From: an uncultured virus (IMG/VR IMGVR_UViG_3300001784_000008)
Lineage: Duplodnaviria; Heunggongvirae; Uroviricota; Caudoviricetes
DNA length: 64,000 nucleotides
Direction: 5' to 3' (one strand)
Virus record (IMG/VR): IMGVR_UViG_3300001784_000008
This document shows, one piece after another, positions 37,700-47,955 of this stretch; positions within the stretch are counted from its first letter, which is position 1; each line of letters begins with the position of its first letter. The notes under the pieces are model-generated. The model did not search any database, was not told the origin of the DNA, and saw only the letters and a program-made list of their open reading frames with translations. A program made the translations under genes and the position numbers.

Positions 37700-38549
37700 A
37701 TTAACCGGTTACGTTTGGGACGCTTGTGCTTCTTCAGGCATGAAGTTGTCCAGCGTTGCCATCATGGCGCGTCTGGCAGACTTCAGCAGTGATGAAGGAG
37801 TAAGTTGGCCTTCTATCGAGACTATTGCACGTCAGATTGGTGCGGGACCAAGCACTGTAAGAACTGCTATTGCCAAGCTTGAGGCTGATGGCTGGCTGAC
37901 ACGAACCTCCAGACGCAAAGGTAACCGAAACGGGTCGAATATTTACCGACTGAATGTTACGAAGCTCCAAAAAGCCGCACTTTCTCACCTGTCAGAATCT
38001 GACACGTCAAAATTTGATGCGTCGGAAAACAGTAATAACGGCAGTTTTCACCCGCCAGAATCTGGTGGGGATCCGTCAGTAAAATCAACTACTGATCCAT
38101 CAGATAAAAAACCTTCTTGTCAGGTTGCCCCGCAACCCGACGATAAGCGTGATGACCAGAAGCCTGATCCTGATGTTTTGCTGACAGACAATTCAAAACT
38201 GGTGCTTAAACATCTCAACCTGGTGAGTGGTTCTCGCTTCCAGAATTGCTCTGCATCTCTGGATAACATCCGCGCAAGACTTCGCGAAGGGTTCACCCTG
38301 GAAGAACTCATGCTGGTGGTCGACTACAAGCACGAGCACTGGAAAGGCTTGAAGGATTACCAGTACATGCGTCCAAAGACTCTGTTCATCCCCGGAAAAT
38401 TTCCGAGCTACCTGCAGGTTGCTACTCGCTGGGATGCGAAGGGTAGGCCACAGCGCGAGGACTGGGATGCAGCCCGCAAGAAAAATTCCCTCACCTTCGG
38501 TGGCCCAGACAAAGCAATTCCAGCAGGTTTCAGAGGAGCTAAACCATGA
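37689..38549 (+). CDS. Replication initiator (N-terminal HTH, conserved phage C-terminal domain)
   Basis: ARLADFSSDEGVSWPSIETIARQ; YMRPKTLF; position after CII-like gene. Confidence 0.85.
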   Translation: MSTKLTGYVWDACASSGMKLSSVAIMARLADFSSDEGVSWPSIETIARQIGAGPSTVRTAIAKLEADGWLTRTSRRKGNRNGSNIYRLNVTKLQKAALSHLSESDTSKFDASENSNNGSFHPPESGGDPSVKSTTDPSDKKPSCQVAPQPDDKRDDQKPDPDVLLTDNSKLVLKHLNLVSGSRFQNCSASLDNIRARLREGFTLEELMLVVDYKHEHWKGLKDYQYMRPKTLFIPGKFPSYLQVATRWDAKGRPQREDWDAARKKNSLTFGGPDKAIPAGFRGAKP

Positions 38550-39040
38550 GTTTTCTGAAAACAATTCAGCTGTTCGTGGCCAATAACCCTGGACTGACGA
38601 ACAAAGAGATCGCCGCAGCACTGCCGGAGTACGAATTACACAGTGTTCAGCGTGCGGTATGCCGCCTGGTTATGCTTCATCGCGCTGAACGCAAAGGCGA
38701 ACGTCACAACTTCCGTTACTACGCAAAAGCACCAACAGGACCGATTGGGCCAGTTATCCCGCGCGAGGTGGTCGAAAAATCTGAAATTATCCCTGAGCCA
38801 AACCAGGAAACCGTACCAAACCCGGCTGTCGTTGCGATGATGGATAAGGCGCAGGATCTGTTTGATAAAGGGCTTTTTCTGCGCGCTGCAACCGTACTCA
38901 TGGACGCATTCAACAGGTCAAAGAACGAAGGTATGCGGGAGAAGATTCTGGCAGAGCGACAGCGGTGCCTGAACATGGTACCGAAGGTTAAGGTTCCAAA
39001 TGATGGATGGTGTCTGGCTGGCCGAGCGAGGAACGTCTGA
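38546..39040 (+). CDS. wHTH plus PerC-like regulator
   Basis: NPGLTNKEIA; AQDLFDKGLFLRAA. Confidence 0.65.
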   Translation: MSFLKTIQLFVANNPGLTNKEIAAALPEYELHSVQRAVCRLVMLHRAERKGERHNFRYYAKAPTGPIGPVIPREVVEKSEIIPEPNQETVPNPAVVAMMDKAQDLFDKGLFLRAATVLMDAFNRSKNEGMREKILAERQRCLNMVPKVKVPNDGWCLAGRARNV

Positions 39041-39699
39041 TGAAATATTCACTGATTTACGCTGATCCTGCATGGAGCTATGACAACAAGGCCAGCAATG
39101 GAGCAGCAGAAGACCACTACGACACGATGAAGCTTATCGACATGAAGCGTCTTCCTGTTTGGGATCTTGCTGCCGATGATGCTGTTCTGGCTATGTGGTT
39201 CACCGGCAAGCATACCAGAGAGGCTATTGAACTGGCTGAAGCATGGGGCTTTAAGGTTAGAACCATGAAGGGTTTTACCTGGGTGAAGCTCAACGCGCAG
39301 GCAGAACAGCACATCAACAAAGCGCTTCAGGCTGGTGGAGTAGAGGACTTTTACGACTTCCTCGAACTGCTGAATACCCAAACCCGTATGAATGGCGGGA
39401 ACTACACCCGAGCAAACACCGAAGATCTGTTGATCGCCACCAGGGGAAATGGACTGGAACGCCAGTGCGCCAGCATCAAGCAGGTTATCTACAGCCCGCT
39501 CGGCGATCACAGCCAGAAGCCTGCAGAGGCCCGCTTCCGTCTGGAGAGGCTTTACGGTGACGTTCCGCGCATCGAACTGTTCAGCCGTTGTGGTGCGCCA
39601 GGCTGGGATCACTGGGGAAACCAGGCAGAGGTACCAGCAGTTGAGTTGATTCCTGGCACTGTTGTTCAAGTTATTAATACGCAGGAGCGCGCAGCATGA
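39040..39699 (+). CDS. MT-A70-family adenine methyltransferase
   Basis: IYADPAW, EAWGF, HSQKP, RIELFSR, WGNQ. Confidence 0.9.
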   Translation: MKYSLIYADPAWSYDNKASNGAAEDHYDTMKLIDMKRLPVWDLAADDAVLAMWFTGKHTREAIELAEAWGFKVRTMKGFTWVKLNAQAEQHINKALQAGGVEDFYDFLELLNTQTRMNGGNYTRANTEDLLIATRGNGLERQCASIKQVIYSPLGDHSQKPAEARFRLERLYGDVPRIELFSRCGAPGWDHWGNQAEVPAVELIPGTVVQVINTQERAA

Positions 39700-39923
39700 A
39701 AAAACTCTCTACCGAGCATGAGAACGCTGTCCGTGATGTTGCACGTCAATGCAATGATGCAATTAAAAAAGTCATGAAGCAGAAGCCAAAGCCAAGCTGG
39801 AATGTTGTGGTACCGCCGATCCTGAAGGAATATCACGAGAAGGTTAAACCGATGGGCGTAAGCCTGGTGATGTTCAACAGCGTAATCGGACGCCTGAATG
39901 GGCGCTATGGAGTCGAGTCATGA
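39696..39923 (+). CDS. Hypothetical protein
   Basis: ATGA overlaps at both ends. Confidence 0.7.
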   Translation: MKKLSTEHENAVRDVARQCNDAIKKVMKQKPKPSWNVVVPPILKEYHEKVKPMGVSLVMFNSVIGRLNGRYGVES

Positions 39924-40309
39924 AACTTGTTCTCCCGTTCCCTCCGAGCGTAAACACCTACTGGCGGGCCCCGAACAAGGGGCCGTTAAAAGGCCGCCAT
40001 CTTATCAGCGAGAAAGGCAGGGCATACCAGAGCGCTGCATGTGCAGCGATTATCGAACAGTTGCGTTGTCTTCCAAAGCCCTCATCCTCTCCGGCTGCTG
40101 TGGAGATCCTTCTCTATCCGCCAGATGAACGCCGCCGCGACATCGACAACTACAACAAGGCTCTGTTTGACGCACTTACTCATGCTGGCATCTGGGAGGA
40201 TGACAGCCAGGTACAGAGAATGCTGGTGGAGTGGGGGCCGAAAGTACCAGGTGGTCGCGTAGAGATATCGATCAAGAAACATGAACCTTTGGCGGGTGCA
40301 GCCGCCTGA
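39920..40309 (+). CDS. rusA: RusA Holliday junction resolvase
   Basis: PFPPSVNTYWR, RDIDNYNKALFDAL, DDSQV. Confidence 0.95.
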   Translation: MKLVLPFPPSVNTYWRAPNKGPLKGRHLISEKGRAYQSAACAAIIEQLRCLPKPSSSPAAVEILLYPPDERRRDIDNYNKALFDALTHAGIWEDDSQVQRMLVEWGPKVPGGRVEISIKKHEPLAGAAA

Positions 40310-40324
40310 TAAGTGGATAAGAGC

Positions 40325-41050
40325 ATGAATCAGATGAATATCACCGTAATGTGTCCGACGCACCATGCCGCCGCGATGGGTCAGCAGATAACTATGTCCA
40401 GCCGTGAGATTGCAGAACTGGTCGACTCACGTCACAGCAATGTCTGTGTGACCATTGAGCGCCTGATGAATTCTGGAGTCATAGGGGGGTATGCTGCAAT
40501 GCAGTACACCCATCCACAGAACCAGCAGGTTTACCACTACTACGAAGTGAATAAGCGAGACAGCTACGTGATTGTCGCGCAGCTGTGTCCTGAGTTTACC
40601 GCCCGTCTTGTTGACCGTTGGCAGGAACTGGAGATCGGGGCCGGGATGGTGGTACCCCAAACGCTCCCTGAAGCACTCCGCCTCGCAGCCGACCTTGCCG
40701 AACAGAAGCAGCGCCTGAGTGAAGAGCTGGCAATTGCCGCGCCAAAGGCTGAATTTGTTGATCGCTACGTCAAAGCCACTGGCTCGATGACATTCAGGCA
40801 GGTTGCCAAGCTCCTGAACGCCAAAGAACCCGAGTTCGCGATGTTCCTCATTGAGAACGGCATCATGTACCGGTTAAACCGCGTGCTTACCCCGAAGAGT
40901 AAACACATTGAAGTGGGCCGCTTTGAAGTTAAGACGGGAACCACTAACCAGACCAACTACGCATTCAATCAGTCTCGCTTCACTGCAAAGGGTGTGCGCT
41001 GGATTGGCGGCCTGTGGGCAGAGCATATCGCTAAGGGGCAAATTGCGTGA
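40325..41050 (+). CDS. Rha/KilAC antirepressor-like protein
   Basis: MSSREIAEL, ARLVDRWQELE, PQTLPEALRLAADL, TAKGVRW. Confidence 0.9.
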   Translation: MNQMNITVMCPTHHAAAMGQQITMSSREIAELVDSRHSNVCVTIERLMNSGVIGGYAAMQYTHPQNQQVYHYYEVNKRDSYVIVAQLCPEFTARLVDRWQELEIGAGMVVPQTLPEALRLAADLAEQKQRLSEELAIAAPKAEFVDRYVKATGSMTFRQVAKLLNAKEPEFAMFLIENGIMYRLNRVLTPKSKHIEVGRFEVKTGTTNQTNYAFNQSRFTAKGVRWIGGLWAEHIAKGQIA

Positions 41051-42036
41051 GAGCCATACTGACACCTGAAGTTGCGCCAATGTCTGGGGTGGTGTTGTTC
41101 CGTCCAGGTAACGAACTGCTGTGGTTGTTTCGTCGTGGCCGGGTGGTGATTGAAACGCCATCCGAAGCAATCCAGCATCTACCATCTGGGCTGATTCCTG
41201 AAGCCCACCAGCCGCTGACAGATGATGTCAGTATGCAGGTTATTTTCGTGAACGAGAGGGTTATAAATCGTGCTGGTGGCCTCAGTGGTCTTGATGCCTG
41301 GCTGGAAAGGAAATTCGAATGTCAGTGGCCTCATACAGACTGGCACGCAAGAGACTTCACCGTNATGCGGCANGCCCCCGGCAGCATTCGCCTTTGCTGG
41401 GGGTGTGATAACCAATTACGTGAACAAACTACTGAAAGACTGGCAGGAATTGCCATGCATAACCTGGTAAAATGGCTACTCGAAAGGGTGAACATTATGC
41501 TGGGCTTTGGCGCAGACCACACCCTGACTCTCCCAGAGTTCTGCTGGTGGATGGTACGTAACGATCTGGCTGACCTTATTCCTGAATCAGTGGCCAATAA
41601 AGCGCTCAGGATTAAGCCAGAGGAGCACAGTTCCGTAATGCGGGAAAGCGACATTGTCCCTTCATTACCCGCGACTGAAATCCTCCAGGAGAAGGCGAAG
41701 AAGATAGTCTCGGTGAAGGTTGATCCTGAATCACCAGAATCTTTCATGCTTAGGCCAAAGCACCGCCGCTTGGTGAACGAGAAGTATACCCGCTGGGTTA
41801 AGTCGCAGCAGTGCAGTTGCTGCAATAACCCGGCAGATGACCCCCACCACCTGATAGGCCACGGGCAAGGTGGAATGGGTACTAAAGCGCACGACTTGTT
41901 TGTGATGCCGCTGTGCAGAGCACATCACGATGAGTTGCACGCTGATCCTGTGGCATTTGAAGCGAAATACGGCGACCAGTTAACGCTGCTGTTTCGGGTT
42001 TTAGATCGTGCGCTAGCAATCGGCGTACTGGCGTAA
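41047..42036 (+). CDS. DUF968 (YdfU-like) protein
   Basis: DDPHHLIGHGQGGMGTKAHD, PLCRAHHDELH. Confidence 0.88.
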   Translation: MRAILTPEVAPMSGVVLFRPGNELLWLFRRGRVVIETPSEAIQHLPSGLIPEAHQPLTDDVSMQVIFVNERVINRAGGLSGLDAWLERKFECQWPHTDWHARDFTXMRXAPGSIRLCWGCDNQLREQTTERLAGIAMHNLVKWLLERVNIMLGFGADHTLTLPEFCWWMVRNDLADLIPESVANKALRIKPEEHSSVMRESDIVPSLPATEILQEKAKKIVSVKVDPESPESFMLRPKHRRLVNEKYTRWVKSQQCSCCNNPADDPHHLIGHGQGGMGTKAHDLFVMPLCRAHHDELHADPVAFEAKYGDQLTLLFRVLDRALAIGVLA

Positions 42037-42048
42037 GTGGAGACGCTC

Positions 42049-42879
42049 ATGGACCTTGATAACGTTGTTAAATTTTTCGCCCCGAAAGGAATGCATATTT
42101 CCGATAGTGTTCGCGCTACTGCCAGTGAACAACTTACGGTAACTGATGTTATGGCGGCGCTTGGNATGACTCAGGCAGACGCTGGTATTGGGCTTGCCAT
42201 GTATCTTGGTAAGGCNGGGGTAAGTAAGCAGGACAGAGANNCATCGATAAGNTGGCTTGCTGAATACGCCAAAGAATCCGCGCCTTTTGCAGTTCGCCGT
42301 CTCTCCGGTAAGAAATTCCCTCTNTGTATGCTCATCCTGGCTAANTTCGCCTATAACGACTATGCATCGTCAGCTGCTGATTTATTTGATTGTTCTAAAT
42401 GCAATGGCAAAGGGNTCATTGAAAAAGTNGGNACGGTAACGAAAAGNCATTACACNATGAGNCTTCCTCAATGGGCTAANGACCTNAGGCAGTCCCCATC
42501 AGNTTTCGAAAAGAAGCGGGAAGTTAAGAATGTTGAGCAATCACTCTGTGGTAAATGCCACGGCACTGGAAAGCTNAGTAAGCGTTGCCAGTGTGGAGGG
42601 ACCGGGAAAACACTGGACCGCAAAGCAACTGATCTTCAGGGTGTGCCAGTTTATAAGGAATGCAAGCGTTGTGAAGGTCGCGGTTACAGCAGNCCAAAAT
42701 CCTCTGTTGCTTACCGGGGTATATTCTCAGAACTCNCAAGCCTTCCTGATCGCACCTGGCGCTATAGCTGGAAACCATTNTATGAGAAGCTCGTTTCGCG
42801 CTGCTTCCAGGAAGAAAGNTATTCGAATACACAATTGAAAAAAGTTACCAGAANCGAAANTTTGACGGANATCGCGTAA
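42049..42879 (+). CDS. Q: Late antiterminator Q (contains Ns)
   Basis: VKFFAPKG, LTVTDVMAA, CxxCxGxG repeats; precedes late promoter and lysis genes. Confidence 0.85.
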   Translation: MDLDNVVKFFAPKGMHISDSVRATASEQLTVTDVMAALXMTQADAGIGLAMYLGKXGVSKQDRXXSIXWLAEYAKESAPFAVRRLSGKKFPXCMLILAXFAYNDYASSAADLFDCSKCNGKGXIEKXXTVTKXHYXMXLPQWAXDXRQSPSXFEKKREVKNVEQSLCGKCHGTGKXSKRCQCGGTGKTLDRKATDLQGVPVYKECKRCEGRGYSXPKSSVAYRGIFSELXSLPDRTWRYSWKPXYEKLVSRCFQEEXYSNTQLKKVTRXEXLTXIA

Positions 42880-42895
42880 TTTAACGTCACGTTAC

Positions 42896-42924
42896 TTGCA
42901 ATGTTGCCGTTTTTGATGTAATTT
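42896..42924 (+). promoter_or_regulatory. pR'-like late promoter
   Basis: TTGCAA-17 bp-TAATTT after Q, followed by terminators. Confidence 0.55.
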
Positions 42925-42970
42925 GACACTAACGATGGGCATTGTATGTTCACGGTTAGAAAGAAAATAT

Positions 42971-42996
42971 AAAAAACCTCGCTACGGCGGGGTTTT
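42971..42996 (+). terminator. tR'-like terminator
   Basis: AAAACCTCGC-TACG-GCGGGGTTTT. Confidence 0.75.
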
Positions 42997-43078
42997 GTTG
43001 TTTCTAAGGGCTGCCTATTGGCGGCCTTTTTTTGTTTCCCCTCGTTCTGAGAGGACTCACGGCAAAAGAGGGGGCTAA

Positions 43079-43474
43079 ATGTCCGATCCTGTTTCTGGCA
43101 CTACGGTAGCTGCTAGTGGTCTGATGGGGGCCAGTATGTTTGGCCTGGCAACCGGCATTGATTACGGTGTGGTTTTTGGTGCTTTTGCTGGCGCGGTGTT
43201 CTACGTCGCTACGGCGGTTAACATCAGCCGCCTGAAGCTGGTGGGCTACTTCATCACATCATTCATCTTCGGCGTAATTGGCGCGCCTCTACTCGGTTCT
43301 TACTTCTCCAAATGGACGGGGTATAGCGACAGGCCGCTTGATGCGCTTGGTGCGGTAATCGTAGCCGCAGTAGCGATTAAGCTGCTGACGTTCTTCAACA
43401 GTCAGGATTTGGGTAGCCTGTTTGGAATGCTTTCACGCTTACGTGGAGGAGGGACAAGCAATGGTAACAAGTGA
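43079..43474 (+). CDS. Putative holin
   Basis: Several TM segments, GVVFGAFAGAVFYV. Confidence 0.8.
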   Translation: MSDPVSGTTVAASGLMGASMFGLATGIDYGVVFGAFAGAVFYVATAVNISRLKLVGYFITSFIFGVIGAPLLGSYFSKWTGYSDRPLDALGAVIVAAVAIKLLTFFNSQDLGSLFGMLSRLRGGGTSNGNK

Positions 43475-43742
43475 TCCGAGTGCAACGTTCAATGCCATCA
43501 TCTGCGGGATCATCGTTATTGCCCTGATGCTCTACCAGCGCGGTGGGGCGAGACACCGCCCGCTAATATCGCTGATGGCTTACTTCACGGTGCTGGTTTA
43601 CGCCAGCGTTCCTTTCCGTTACCTGTTCGGCCTGTATCACGAATCACACTGGGTTGTAGTACTGGCGAACATCCTTATTTGCGCTGCCGTTCTCTGGGCT
43701 CGGGGAAACGTAGCGCGTCTGGTTGATGTACTGAGGCACTAA
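43461..43742 (+). CDS. Phage holin-family protein
   Basis: TM segments, GARHRP and ARGNVARL. Confidence 0.8.
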   Translation: MVTSDPSATFNAIICGIIVIALMLYQRGGARHRPLISLMAYFTVLVYASVPFRYLFGLYHESHWVVVLANILICAAVLWARGNVARLVDVLRH

Positions 43743-44356
43743 TGAACCAAACACAATTTCAAAAGGCGGCTGATGTAAGCGCCGGGTTAGCTGCGCGCTG
43801 GTTTTCACATCTGGATGCCGCAATGAAGGAGTTCGGTATCACAGCGGTTAACGATCAGGCCATGTTCATTGCACAGGTAGGGCATGAGTCTGCTGGCTTT
43901 ACCTCGTTGGTAGAGAACTTCAACTACTCGGTAGACGGGCTGAAGAAAACCTTTGGTAAACGCTTGACGCCGTATCAGTGTGAAATGCTGGGGCGTGTGG
44001 ATGGTAAGCAGGTCGCCCATCAGCCGCAAATAGCCAATCTGGTTTACGGTGACCGCATGGGTAATAACAGCCAGGGTGATGGCTGGAAATATCGTGGTCG
44101 TGGCCTGCTGCAAATCACTGGTCGTGAGAACTACACCAAATGCGGTACAGCGCTGAAGCTTGACCTTGTCAGTACACCGGAACTGTTAGCGCAGGAGCAA
44201 CACACGGCCCGCTCTGCAGCATGGTATTTCACGCTGAGTGGTTGTCTCCTGTATTCGGGGGATGTCGAACGCGTCACGCAGATCATCAATGGTGGACAAA
44301 ACGGTATTAAAGACCGCCGTGAACGTTACGCCAAAGCAAAAGCCGCACTGGTGTGA
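43742..44356 (+). CDS. GH19 endolysin
   Basis: FIAQVGHESAGF, YRGRGLLQITGRENY, INGG. Confidence 0.93.
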   Translation: MNQTQFQKAADVSAGLAARWFSHLDAAMKEFGITAVNDQAMFIAQVGHESAGFTSLVENFNYSVDGLKKTFGKRLTPYQCEMLGRVDGKQVAHQPQIANLVYGDRMGNNSQGDGWKYRGRGLLQITGRENYTKCGTALKLDLVSTPELLAQEQHTARSAAWYFTLSGCLLYSGDVERVTQIINGGQNGIKDRRERYAKAKAALV

Positions 44357-44363
44357 GGAGTCT

Positions 44364-44639
44364 ATGGGACTTGAAATGATTATTGGGCTGGCTGCCGCAG
44401 TGATTGCTGCTATCGCTGGCGCATTCGGGTTAGGTCATTCACGCGGCATAAGCAAAGCTGAAGCGAAAGCAGACCAGCAGCGCACTGAAGACAAGGCCGC
44501 TGCTACTGAAGCAGTAGCCGAACGCCGGGTAGAAGCAACGAAAGAGGCCAGCAATGTACAGCAGACTGTTAACCATATGCCTGATGACGATGTTGATCGC
44601 GAGCTGCGTGACTCGTGGGAGCGCCCCAGTGGTAGTTGA
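44364..44639 (+). CDS. Inner-membrane spanin-like protein
   Basis: GAGGAG RBS; N-terminal TM; follows endolysin. Confidence 0.7.
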   Translation: MGLEMIIGLAAAVIAAIAGAFGLGHSRGISKAEAKADQQRTEDKAAATEAVAERRVEATKEASNVQQTVNHMPDDDVDRELRDSWERPSGS

Positions 44640-44772
44640 TACCGCCTGTGACTGGGTAAGGCCAATATACCTTACTGATCACGACATCGATGTTATGGAC
44701 CGCCAGACGAAGAAAGACATCCTGACGCATAACAAAGCGTGGCATGCGAACTGCCAGAAGGTGAGCCTATGA
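44554..44772 (+). CDS. Outer-membrane spanin lipoprotein
   Basis: LIAS-C lipobox; overlapping frame. Confidence 0.7.
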   Translation: MYSRLLTICLMTMLIASCVTRGSAPVVVDTACDWVRPIYLTDHDIDVMDRQTKKDILTHNKAWHANCQKVSL

Positions 44773-44969
44773 GTTACACGCGATGTTCTTTCTGCGGTTC
44801 TGGTTTACATACCCGTGATAATTGCCCCCATACATGGAGTGGCAGCGCTCGCCGGGTAAATCTGCGCTGTAGCTACTGCGGCGCAACTGGTCACAATTCT
44901 AACGCCTGTCCACACAACGCCAGCAGCGCGATCCGTCGTCGTCTGAATGACGATTTCTATCTTGATTGA
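44769..44969 (+). CDS. Double CCHC zinc-knuckle protein
   Basis: C-SF-C-GSGL-H-TRDN-C and C-SY-C-GATG-H-NSNA-C. Confidence 0.85.
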   Translation: MSYTRCSFCGSGLHTRDNCPHTWSGSARRVNLRCSYCGATGHNSNACPHNASSAIRRRLNDDFYLD

Positions 44970-44978
44970 GGAAAAACA

Positions 44979-45179
44979 ATGACTTTATTAGTACTAACAG
45001 CTGAACAGATCAAAGCGCTCGCTGAGTTTGCCGAATCAGAAGGTCAGGCTTCGTATACGATCACCCATACCACAATCCCAGCATTTGAAGATGAAGGTGG
45101 TGAGGTTGTGCCGGAATACACAGGATTGGTTGCCTACTCTGGCTCAGAAGAGCACGGTGTTCTGCAGTTGGAAGATTAA
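44979..45179 (+). CDS. Hypothetical acidic protein
   Basis: GAGG RBS, 66 aa. Confidence 0.65.
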   Translation: MTLLVLTAEQIKALAEFAESEGQASYTITHTTIPAFEDEGGEVVPEYTGLVAYSGSEEHGVLQLED

Positions 45180-45181
45180 CT

Positions 45182-45532
45182 ATGCCTGCGCTAATTCCTC
45201 GTGCGTGTAGGAAGCGTGGCTGCCCAGGCACAACCACTGACCGCTCTGGTTATTGTGAGAAGCACCGTAATGAAGGCTGGCAACAGCACCAGCAGGGTAA
45301 GAGCCGTCATGAGCGAGGGTATGGCAGTAAGTGGGACATCATCCGCGCACGTATATTGTCACGTGATAAACACATCTGTCAGAACTGCTTGCGTAATAAT
45401 CTCGTGGCACCTGCAAAGACGGTTGACCATATCAAGGCGAAGGCACACGGCGGCACTGATGATGACTCTAACCTCGAAAGCCTCTGCTGGCCCTGCCATC
45501 GCACCAAGACAGGTCGCGAACGCATCAAATGA
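45182..45532 (+). CDS. Packaging-associated HNH endonuclease
   Basis: ERGYG, VDHIK...GGTDDDSNLESLCWPCH; precedes terminase. Confidence 0.93.
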   Translation: MPALIPRACRKRGCPGTTTDRSGYCEKHRNEGWQQHQQGKSRHERGYGSKWDIIRARILSRDKHICQNCLRNNLVAPAKTVDHIKAKAHGGTDDDSNLESLCWPCHRTKTGRERIK

Positions 45533-45604
45533 TACTGATTACCATTACGTCATAAATGATTGCAAATGCAACTATTTGCATTCAAATGATATCAATTATC
45601 ATTT
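45527..45604. promoter_or_regulatory. Tandem Fur-box-like palindromes
   Basis: AAATGATACTGATTACCATTA (45527) and AAATGATATCAATTATCATTT (45584). Confidence 0.5.
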
Positions 45605-45724
45605 ATGGAGGGGGGGATTAAATCCCTGCAACCTGCCGCCACTGTAGCCTGCTGCCCAAAGGACCGCCGCCTCAGTCNNTTTTTTATACCNGCGAAAAAT
45701 GAAATTTAACCAGGAGTATCGCTT

Positions 45725-46219
45725 ATGGCTGGAACGGCGGGGCGTTCCGGGCGTCGACCCAAGCCAACGGCACGCAAGGAGTTGGCCGGGAACCCCGGCA
45801 AGCGAGCCCTGAATAAAGAAGAACCAGTATTCACACCCATCAAGGGAGTTGAACCACCTGACTGGTTTACCGAAGAGGAGCTTCCGTTAGCGTCCATCAT
45901 GTGGGAGCTGACGACTAAAGAATTATGCGGTCAGGGCTTACTTTGCGTTACCGATCTTGCTGTGCTGGAACGCTGGTGCATTGCCTATGAATTCTGGCGA
46001 AGGGCAGTAAAGAATATTGCAGTTGATGGGCTTTCCATCACTGGCGCGATGGGTGGGAAAATTAAGAACCCTGAACTCACGGCTAAAAAAGAACAGGAAT
46101 CGGAAATGAGTTCTACTGGTTCAATGCTGGGACTTGACCCCAGCAGTCGCCAGCGCCTTGTTGGTCTGGCCGGGAAGAAGAAAAACGAAAACCCATTCCT
46201 GAAGATGATCACGCCATGA
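45725..46219 (+). CDS. Terminase small subunit, P27 family
   Basis: [30 protein letters not shown]. Confidence 0.93.
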   Translation: MAGTAGRSGRRPKPTARKELAGNPGKRALNKEEPVFTPIKGVEPPDWFTEEELPLASIMWELTTKELCGQGLLCVTDLAVLERWCIAYEFWRRAVKNIAVDGLSITGAMGGKIKNPELTAKKEQESEMSSTGSMLGLDPSSRQRLVGLAGKKKNENPFLKMITP

Positions 46220-47946
46220 GCCGAAAATCCTATCCTAACGTTAACGCCGCAAATCAGTATGCAAGGCATGTTGTCGCCGGAAAGATTCCGGCATGCCAGT
46301 ATGTTATTGATGCCTGCCAGCGACACATCGACGATTTGTCAAAATCGCAGGGAAAGAAATTTCGATACCGCTTTGATAAAGATTTTGCCGAACGAGCCGC
46401 ACGGTTTATCCAACTCCTCCCACATACCAAGGGAGAGTGGGCATTCAAACGGATGCCGATCACGCTGGAACCGTGGCAGCTTTTTATTGTTTGCTGCTCC
46501 TTTGGGTGGGTTCATAAAGGTACCAGGCTACGTCGCTTTAGGGAGGTTTATACTGAAATCCCCCGCAAAAACGGTAAGTCAGCAATAAGTGCCGGTGTGG
46601 CGCTTTTTTGTTTCACCTGTGATGGTGAATTTGGTGCTGAGGTGTATTCAGGTGCAACCACTGAAAAGCAAGCATGGGAAGTCTTTCGCCCTGCAAGACT
46701 AATGTGCAAGCGAACTCCACTGTTAACTGAAGCATTCGGGATCGAGGTTAATGCTAAGAACCTCAGTCGCCCTGAAGATGGGGCCAGATTTGAACCGTTG
46801 ATAGGCAATCCTGGCGACGGTCAGTCACCGCACTGTGCGATCGTTGATGAGTACCATGAGCATGAAAGTGATGCGCTTTATACAACAATGATCACCGGCA
46901 TGGGTGCCCGCAGGCAGCCAGTGATGTGGGCTATAACAACTGCGGGTTATAACATTGAAGGCCCTTGCTACGATAAACGTCGTGAAGTTATCGAAATGCT
47001 TAACGGAACGGTGCCGAATGATGAACTTTTTGGTGTTATTTACACTGTTGATGACGGTGATGACTGGACTGATCCTGCAGTTCTTCACAAGGCAAACCCC
47101 AATATGGGGGTATCTGTATATGCTGATTTCCTTTTGAGCCAGCAAAACAGGGCTAAAAATAATCCCAGAATGGCCGGTATATTCAAAACGAAACACCTGA
47201 ATATCTGGGTTGCTGCACGCGCTGCTTATTTCAACCTATTAAGCTGGCGAAACTGTGAAGATCAGACACTCACTATTGAGCAGTTTGAAGGTCAGCCCTG
47301 TATTCTGTCTTTCGACCTAGCTCGCAAGCTGGATATGAACTCTAAGGTTAGGTTATTTACCCGAGAAATAGAAGGTAAGCGGCATTATTACTGTATATCT
47401 CCACGGTTTTATGTCCCTTATGACACAGTTTACAGCAATGATGTTGATGATCATCGTACTGCTGAACGATATCGTAAATGGGTGGATGCCGGGTATATCA
47501 CCGTCACCGAAGGCGCGGAGATCGATTACCGCGTAATACTGGAAGATGCCAAGCGTGACAATCAGCAAACGCCTGTTGAACAGAGTCCGATTGACCCACA
47601 TGGCGCAACAAATCTTTCTCATCAACTTGCTGACGAACAGCTTAATCCGATAACCATTATTCAGAACTACACCAACATGTCAGACCCGATGAAAGAGCTT
47701 GAGGCTGCTGTAGAGTCAGGGCGATTCCATCATGATGGTAATCCGATAATGACCTGGTGTATTTCAAACGTGGTTGGTAAGCACCTGCCGGGGAATGATG
47801 ATGTTGTTCGGCCGATTAAAGAGCAGAACGAAAATAAAATTGATGGGGCTGTTGCGCTAATTATGGCAATTGGACGAGCAATGTTATTTGAAAAGGAAGA
47901 CACCCTTTCAAATCATCTCGAAAGCTACGGTGTGCGCTCACTGTAA
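46216..47946 (+). CDS. Terminase large subunit
   Basis: [23 protein letters not shown]. Confidence 0.95.
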   Translation: MSRKSYPNVNAANQYARHVVAGKIPACQYVIDACQRHIDDLSKSQGKKFRYRFDKDFAERAARFIQLLPHTKGEWAFKRMPITLEPWQLFIVCCSFGWVHKGTRLRRFREVYTEIPRKNGKSAISAGVALFCFTCDGEFGAEVYSGATTEKQAWEVFRPARLMCKRTPLLTEAFGIEVNAKNLSRPEDGARFEPLIGNPGDGQSPHCAIVDEYHEHESDALYTTMITGMGARRQPVMWAITTAGYNIEGPCYDKRREVIEMLNGTVPNDELFGVIYTVDDGDDWTDPAVLHKANPNMGVSVYADFLLSQQNRAKNNPRMAGIFKTKHLNIWVAARAAYFNLLSWRNCEDQTLTIEQFEGQPCILSFDLARKLDMNSKVRLFTREIEGKRHYYCISPRFYVPYDTVYSNDVDDHRTAERYRKWVDAGYITVTEGAEIDYRVILEDAKRDNQQTPVEQSPIDPHGATNLSHQLADEQLNPITIIQNYTNMSDPMKELEAAVESGRFHHDGNPIMTWCISNVVGKHLPGNDDVVRPIKEQNENKIDGAVALIMAIGRAMLFEKEDTLSNHLESYGVRSL

Positions 47947-47955
47947 GAGGCAATT

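Noticed and set aside
39040..39699. Restriction-modification system
   Set aside because: Orphan methylase in the usual replication-to-Q region with no adjacent restriction gene
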